Shown: piece after piece, positions 58,436 through 64,000 of the stretch
Position numbering within the stretch: the stretch's first letter is position 1
Layout: every line of letters begins with the position of its first letter
NCBI GenBank assembly: GCA_002753335.1
Contig: PEAD01000014.1
Coordinates: 1-64,000, forward strand
Source of the DNA: Nitrospirae bacterium MYbin3
GTDB taxonomy: Bacteria; Nitrospirota; Thermodesulfovibrionia; Thermodesulfovibrionales; Dissulfurispiraceae
Direction: 5' to 3'
Length of the DNA: 64,000 nt
The notes under the pieces: model-generated
What the model was told of the DNA's origin: nothing
The model's input: only the letters and a program-made list of their open reading frames with translations
Databases searched by the model: none
Made by a program: the position numbers and the translations under genes

Positions 58436-59468
58436 TTTTTTCCTGAACTTCCTCGGGGGTGATTATCGAGCCTCCGGGCTTTCCATAAAAAAGAACCTCC
58501 GATTTTCCATTGACCGCAAGTTTTACATCCTCAACCATCTGGCCTGCGTTTAGTTCGATCGTCAAGAATCTTCTGTCAGGTCCGGCTAACACCTGAAGCT
58601 GTTTTTCTGGAAAAGGAAAGAGCGTTATAGGCCGTAAAAGACCGACTTTCAAGCCTTCACTCCTCAACTTTTTTATGGCAGAAAAAGCTATGCGGGCCGC
58701 TATTCCAAAAGCCACCACGATTAGCTCCGCATCATCTGTGCCGAAAGAGTCAGAGCGCACCTCATGTTCTTTTAGCTTCTCATATTTTCTCTGGAGCATG
58801 TAGTTTCTCTGCTCCAGTTCTCCCTCTCCCAAAAAAAGAGTCTTGATGACATTCGGCTCCCTGTCCTTGCAGCCTGTGAGGGCCCAAGGCTTTTCGGGTA
58901 TGCTGCCTTTGTATGGTGTGGGATTAAAAGGCTCCATCATCTGGCCGATTATCGCATCACCTAGGATCATTACAGGGATCCTGTATTCATCAGCCTTATC
59001 AAAGGCCAGCATCGTAAGATCCCATAGTTCCTGCACATTGTAAGGCGCATAAACGAGAAGCTTGTAGTCTCCGTGGCCTCCGCCTTTCACAGACTGAAAA
59101 TAGTCGGCCTGGCTTGCTGATATGTTTCCTAATCCAGGACCGCCGCGCTGCATATTTACTATCACGGAGGGAAGCTCTGCGCCTGCCAGAAAAGAGAGGC
59201 CCTCCTGCTTAAGGCTTATGCCCGGGCTGCTTGAAGATGTCATGGCGCGGGCACCGCAGGCCGCTGCCCCATACACCATGTTTATTGCGGCGGTTTCACT
59301 TTCTGCCTGAATGAATACACCATTCACTTCGGGCATACGCCACGACATATATTCCGGGATTTCGTTCTGAGGCGTAATGGGGTACCCTGCGTAAAACCTG
59401 CATCCGGCCTCCACAGCCGCAGCAGAAATCGCCTCATTCCCCTTCATAAGGATTTTTTTGTTTTTCAC
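58413..59468 (-). CDS. vorB: 2-oxoacid:ferredoxin oxidoreductase alpha-type subunit (VorB-like)
   Basis: MKGNEA, YAGYPITPQ, QAESE, SSSPGISLKQE, RGGPGLG and GGGHGD. GTG 59468 likely start. Confidence 0.88.
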   Translation of the reverse strand: MKNKKILMKGNEAISAAAVEAGCRFYAGYPITPQNEIPEYMSWRMPEVNGVFIQAESETAAINMVYGAAACGARAMTSSSSPGISLKQEGLSFLAGAELPSVIVNMQRGGPGLGNISASQADYFQSVKGGGHGDYKLLVYAPYNVQELWDLTMLAFDKADEYRIPVMILGDAIIGQMMEPFNPTPYKGSIPEKPWALTGCKDREPNVIKTLFLGEGELEQRNYMLQRKYEKLKEHEVRSDSFGTDDAELIVVAFGIAARIAFSAIKKLRSEGLKVGLLRPITLFPFPEKQLQVLAGPDRRFLTIELNAGQMVEDVKLAVNGKSEVLFYGKPGGSIITPEEVQEKITTLLSG

Positions 59469-59599
59469 AGCAGTAAAATGATAGCCTAATAAATCGTATT
59501 TTTTCAAAAGCTCCAAATCTGTTCAGGTGATTTTTTACGACGCTGTCAAATATGGTAGGATATTGCTAGCTACTTGAAACAACTTACAAGAGGATTCGC

Positions 59600-60442
59600 A
59601 TGAAGATATCTCAGCAGGACATAGTTCATCTGGTAGAAAAGATGCCAGCCTTTCCAAAGACCGTTCATAGGGTAATTGAGCTTACGTCTGACATGAACTG
59701 TAATCCAAAGGATTTAGTTGAACTTATCGAGCACGACCCTGTAATGGTGCTGAACATTCTGAGGCTTGTGAATTCGGCTTATTTTGGACTTGCCCAGCCG
59801 ATAACCTCGGTAAACCATGCGGTGGTTTATATAGGCCTGAATACGGTCAAGAACGTGGCTTTAAGCACCGCAACCATAGGCGTACTGCCTAAGCGCAATG
59901 AAGCAGGCTTTGATATGGAGGCATTCCTTTTGCATTCGCTTGCTACAGCAACAATAGCCCGGATGATGGCAAAGCGGATGAAGGTTCCGTCCAAGGACCT
60001 TTTCGACTATTTTTTGGCCGGACTTATGCACGATTTCGGAAAGATAGTTTTTGCGAATTTTATGCCGCATGAATTCAAGAATGCGCTCAAGATCGCAAAA
60101 GAGAATAATATTCATCTGTATGAGGCCGAGAACGAGATATTCAACATAAACCATGCCGAGGTTGGGTCTCTCTTAGGTGAGAAGTGGCAGATGCCCCAGT
60201 CGCTCATAGAGTCGCTTAAATGCCACCACAGCCACAAAGAAGGCAATTCGCAGATAATCGATCTGGTCTCTGCGGCTGACCAGGTCACCAAAGAACTTAA
60301 GTTCGGCTACAGTGGAGAAAATCTGCTGGAGGCTTTGCCGAAAATAGTCACGAAGCATTTTGGTAAAGATATTAATGCTATTGTGTCTGACCTCGGTGAT
60401 GTTAATGCAGAGATAGATAATGCAAGAATATTCATTTCTTAA
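59600..60442 (+). CDS. HDOD domain protein
   Basis: MPAFP, DP.....LRLVNSAYFG, GLMHDFGK and HAEVG..L.EKW. Confidence 0.9.
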   Translation: MKISQQDIVHLVEKMPAFPKTVHRVIELTSDMNCNPKDLVELIEHDPVMVLNILRLVNSAYFGLAQPITSVNHAVVYIGLNTVKNVALSTATIGVLPKRNEAGFDMEAFLLHSLATATIARMMAKRMKVPSKDLFDYFLAGLMHDFGKIVFANFMPHEFKNALKIAKENNIHLYEAENEIFNINHAEVGSLLGEKWQMPQSLIESLKCHHSHKEGNSQIIDLVSAADQVTKELKFGYSGENLLEALPKIVTKHFGKDINAIVSDLGDVNAEIDNARIFIS

Positions 60443-60454
60443 TGGGAGGTTGCT

Positions 60455-61333
60455 GTGAAGGTTAGATTCTGGGGCGTGAGGGGGTCTATAGCTTCTCCGG
60501 GGCCCAAGACTGTTAGGTACGGCGGCAACACCACCTGTATAGAGGTTGAGACTAATTCTGGGGATGTGATAATAATTGATGCAGGAACAGGAATTTTTCC
60601 GCTTGCACAGTCTCTGCTCAGAAGGCTTCCGGTAAAGTGTTCGGTTTTTATTACGCATACTCATTGGGACCATATTCAGGGGCTGCCTTTTTTTATACCA
60701 CTTTTTATCCCTAAAAACGAGATAAGCATATACGGCGCGTTTGACCCGGTGGCTTCACAGCCGATAAAAGACATCTTGAACAGGCAGATGGAATACTGCT
60801 ATTTCCCTGTTCGTGAAGGCGAGCTTAAGGCCGAGATAACCTACAACAATCTGCGCGAGAGGGAAACCATCGAGGTTGGCTCTGCACGAGTTACCCCTAT
60901 ATTGATGAACCATCCTGTGCTTGACTTCGGCTATCTGGTGGAGTGCGACGGCAAAAAAATGCTCTTTACAGGAGACAACGAGCCTCTGTACAACATATAT
61001 TCTCCTGATGACGATTATTACCACGAGTATGAGACGCTTATTGCGATGAAGAATAAAATGTTTATCGACTTTGTGCGAGGCGTCGATGTTCTGATTGCCG
61101 ACTCTGCTTATACAACGGAAGAGTATCCTTCTAAAAAAGGCTGGGGCCACGGTACTTTCGATTCCTGCATTAAGCTTGCCGCAGAGGCCGGAGTAAAATC
61201 TTTATATCTTACGCACCATGAGCCAACGAGAAGCGATGATGCCCTAGACGTTATATATCAGGGATTGAAACAGAAATATTCTGAGCCTTTCGAGTTCAGG
61301 ATAGCTTCCGAAGGTTTGGAAGTAGAGATTTAA
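60455..61333 (+). CDS. MBL-fold metallo-hydrolase (phosphodiesterase-like)
   Basis: FWGVRGS, YGGNTTC, DAGTG, THTHWDHIQG, WGH and HHEP. Confidence 0.9.
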   Translation: MKVRFWGVRGSIASPGPKTVRYGGNTTCIEVETNSGDVIIIDAGTGIFPLAQSLLRRLPVKCSVFITHTHWDHIQGLPFFIPLFIPKNEISIYGAFDPVASQPIKDILNRQMEYCYFPVREGELKAEITYNNLRERETIEVGSARVTPILMNHPVLDFGYLVECDGKKMLFTGDNEPLYNIYSPDDDYYHEYETLIAMKNKMFIDFVRGVDVLIADSAYTTEEYPSKKGWGHGTFDSCIKLAAEAGVKSLYLTHHEPTRSDDALDVIYQGLKQKYSEPFEFRIASEGLEVEI

Positions 61334-61340
61334 ACAGCGC

Positions 61341-62459
61341 ATGGATATATCAAAGAAAATAACCCAGCTCAATACCCTTATGGAGCTTTCGGGCATAATT
61401 AACTCCTCTCTCGATATCGCCGAGATAAGAAAAAGGTCGATCGAGGCTGCAACGCGAATAGCCGGGGCCGAGGCCGGAAGCCTTTTGTTTTTTGATGAGC
61501 ATTCCGAGACCCTGAATTTTGATGTTGCGCTGGGCGAAAAGGGCGACCTGGTTAAAACAGTGCGGCTTGCAAAAGGGCAGGGCATTGCGGGTTGGGTTGC
61601 TGAGCACAAAGAGCCGGCGATAGTTAACGATACAAAGAGCGATCCGAGGTTTTATAAGGGAGCGGATGATAAGAGCGGATTTAGTACAAGGAATATGATA
61701 TGTCTTCCTATAAGGTCAAAATCCAAACTACTCGGCGTTTTGCAGGCGATAAACAAAAAAGATGGAGATTTCGGCCACGACGAACTTGAGCTTTTGACCG
61801 CGCTTTCCAATCAGGTCGGGGTTGCCATAGAGAATGCAAAACTTTACGAAGAGCTTAAGGACACCTTTTTCTCTGCTCTGCATACGCTTGCCGATTCGAT
61901 AGAAATGAGAGACCCCGATATGAGCGGCCACCCCAAAAGGGTTATGGAATATAGCCTTATAATAGGCCGAGAGATGGGGCTTTCGAAAAAAGAAATGATA
62001 AATCTAAAACTCGCCGCAATGCTTCATGATATAGGCAAGATAGGCATAAGGGACAGCGTACTTCTGAAGACCGAGGCTTTGTCATGGGAAGAGCAGAGGG
62101 CTATGATGATGCATCCTGTTTATGGAGCTGACATACTGCATTATGTGAAACAGCTTCAGGACATTCTTCCTGGAGTGAAGCATCACCATGAGAGATATGA
62201 CGGATCCGGTTATCCGGATGGGCTGAAGGGAGCAAGCATTCCGCTTATCGCCCGGGTAATTGCTGTAGCGGATACTTTTGACTCTATGACCTCAAAAAAA
62301 CCATACAGGAATTATCTTAGGGCTGACAACGCCCTCGATGAGCTCCAGACTAATGCGGGCATTCATTTTGATCCGGCTATTGTGGAGGCTTTTGTCAATG
62401 CTTACCGCAAGAATGAAGTGGACAAACTCAAGGGCAGCGGCCACCTGCACTCATTTTAA
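61341..62459 (+). CDS. GAF + HD-GYP domain protein
   Basis: GAF (GIAGWV, DPRF, INK..G.F); LHDIGK, HHERYDGSGYP and FDP. Confidence 0.9.
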   Translation: MDISKKITQLNTLMELSGIINSSLDIAEIRKRSIEAATRIAGAEAGSLLFFDEHSETLNFDVALGEKGDLVKTVRLAKGQGIAGWVAEHKEPAIVNDTKSDPRFYKGADDKSGFSTRNMICLPIRSKSKLLGVLQAINKKDGDFGHDELELLTALSNQVGVAIENAKLYEELKDTFFSALHTLADSIEMRDPDMSGHPKRVMEYSLIIGREMGLSKKEMINLKLAAMLHDIGKIGIRDSVLLKTEALSWEEQRAMMMHPVYGADILHYVKQLQDILPGVKHHHERYDGSGYPDGLKGASIPLIARVIAVADTFDSMTSKKPYRNYLRADNALDELQTNAGIHFDPAIVEAFVNAYRKNEVDKLKGSGHLHSF

Positions 62460-62463
62460 GACA

Positions 62464-64000
62464 TTACCTGTCCAGCACCTTTCTTATTCTTGCAAGCAGC
62501 GTGTCGGGTTCTATGGGTTTGGGTATAAAATCAAAGCCATCTTCCATTACCAGCTTTTTTTCCATTACATCATGCGTATATCCGCTCATGAATATTGCTT
62601 TTATGTCGGGTCTTATAACCCTAATATCTTCGCAGGCATAACGGCCGTTCTTTACAGGCATTATTACATCTAAAAGTAGCAGGCTTATTGAATCTCTGTT
62701 CTCTTTGAATTTGTTTACAGCGTCTTCTCCATTTTCGGCTTCGATTGTTTTGTAGCCGTTTGAATGAAGGCATATACTTATTGTTTTCCTGACATTGGCA
62801 TCATCATCCGCTATCAGTATGGTCTCGCCTTTTCCTGACACAATAGGCTGATCAGTCTCGGACTTTTTTTCTTCTGCTTTTGTGTTGAGCATAGGAAGAT
62901 ATATTCTGAAAGTCGTGCCCCTGGCTAATTCACTATCTACAATGATGTTGCCGCCATGCTGTTTGACTATCCCGTAGACTATCGCCAATCCAAGGCCGGT
63001 GCCTTTGCCGACCTCTTTTGTTGTAAAGAAAGGCTCGAATATGTTTTCCCTTGTGCTTAGGTCCATACCGGTACCGGTGTCTGATACCGTAAGCACGGCA
63101 TGCATGCCTTTGTTCTCAAAAAGGTGCTTCTCTGCATAGCTGCTGTCAATATTTACCGCATCAGAGCTGATGGTCAACTGTCCGCCGTTAGGCATTGCGT
63201 CACGAGCATTTGTTACAAGGTTCACCAGTATCTGATCTATCTGTCCTGCATCAACCATGACCATAAGCTCTCTGTCGCTCAGGTTTGTGCTAATACAAAT
63301 ATCTTCGCCTATGATTCTTGCAAGCAGCTTATGTGTTTTTCTGATCAGTTCATTGAGGTCAGCCGGGTTTAGAATTATGCTCTGCTTTCTGCTGAAGGCA
63401 AGGAGGCCCTGAGTAAGTTCTGCAGCCCGCTTTGCACCGACAAGTATATCGTTTATAAGCTCTTGCGAAGTCGGATCTTCGCTCAGCCTCTTTTTTGCTA
63501 TGGTACCAAACCCTATAATTGCTGTCAGTATGTTATTAAAATCATGCGCTATGCCTCCGGCAAGGGTTCCTATCGCCTCGATTTTCTGTGACTGCCGGAG
63601 CTGTTCTTCGAGCTTCTTCTGAGGTGTAATGTCACTGCCTATGCTAAGAATCTCGCTGACTGCACCCTGTTCATATTGTACAACCTTATTTGTCCAGGCG
63701 ATCCATACACGCTCACCATTTCGGCGTATGTTCTCGTTGATGTTGCTTTCAAAGGCTTTGGGATTGACGAGAATCTGCTCCATCAGCGGCCTCATATCCC
63801 TTCCGGTGCTTTCTGTTTCAGGCACTATTGTGTCAACAACATGTCTGCCTATAAGCTCTTCTTCAGTATAGCCGAAAAACTTTTGGCCAAATTCGTTCAT
63901 GAAAATAATGATTCCCTCACGATTCCATCTAAGTATGATGCTGTTTGCGTTTTCGACCAGTTCGCGGTATTTGTTTTCATTTCTCACCAATGCCTGCTGT
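62464..64000 (-). CDS. Hybrid PAS sensor kinase / receiver, 5' end beyond the window
   Basis: [37 protein letters not shown] and a C-terminal receiver. The frame is open at the window edge. Confidence 0.9.
   Translation of the reverse strand, partial: QQALVRNENKYRELVENANSIILRWNREGIIIFMNEFGQKFFGYTEEELIGRHVVDTIVPETESTGRDMRPLMEQILVNPKAFESNINENIRRNGERVWIAWTNKVVQYEQGAVSEILSIGSDITPQKKLEEQLRQSQKIEAIGTLAGGIAHDFNNILTAIIGFGTIAKKRLSEDPTSQELINDILVGAKRAAELTQGLLAFSRKQSIILNPADLNELIRKTHKLLARIIGEDICISTNLSDRELMVMVDAGQIDQILVNLVTNARDAMPNGGQLTISSDAVNIDSSYAEKHLFENKGMHAVLTVSDTGTGMDLSTRENIFEPFFTTKEVGKGTGLGLAIVYGIVKQHGGNIIVDSELARGTTFRIYLPMLNTKAEEKKSETDQPIVSGKGETILIADDDANVRKTISICLHSNGYKTIEAENGEDAVNKFKENRDSISLLLLDVIMPVKNGRYACEDIRVIRPDIKAIFMSGYTHDVMEKKLVMEDGFDFIPKPIEPDTLLARIRKVLDR

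Noticed and set aside
155..63871. Numerous 60-230 aa ORFs antisense to or nested in assigned genes
   Set aside because: Shadow ORFs of well-supported genes with no independent motifs

Overview
Mostly core-genome DNA from an anaerobic Gram-negative bacterium. Gene content and style suggest Nitrospirota/Thermodesulfovibrionia or a Desulfobacterota-like lineage (inference only). Housekeeping genes include era, recO, trxA, ffh, cysS, aspS, tig-clpP-clpX, rpmB, infB-rbfA-nrnA, rluB and surA. Signalling genes are numerous: three HD-GYP-type proteins, three PAS kinases and an HDOD protein. I see no rRNA, tRNA, CRISPR array or intact transposase. Main observations: (1) An iron-uptake locus reading fur, an unannotated 55-aa 'mini-Fur', feoB, a Cys-rich protein and a DtxR-FeoA protein. 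The mini-Fur has only the dimerisation domain, with the His-rich metal site erased. The locus has three Fur boxes and a hairpin-T8 element encoded in the last codons of both fur genes. (2) A soluble HydABC/NuoEFG-like oxidoreductase with an NADP(H)-type signature, whose NuoE subunit is fused to a phospho-receiver. It is preceded by a receiver fused to a lipoyl-less GcvH-like domain. (3) A two-gene unit encoding an HTH-EEP phosphoesterase and a Fic protein with a CBM25/53-like tail. (4) A CysE-CysS fusion with an internal RBS. (5) A 267-bp structured element bounded by 14-bp inverted repeats between aspS and tig. (6) An unannotated 30-aa bS22/AURKAIP1-COX24 ribosomal protein.
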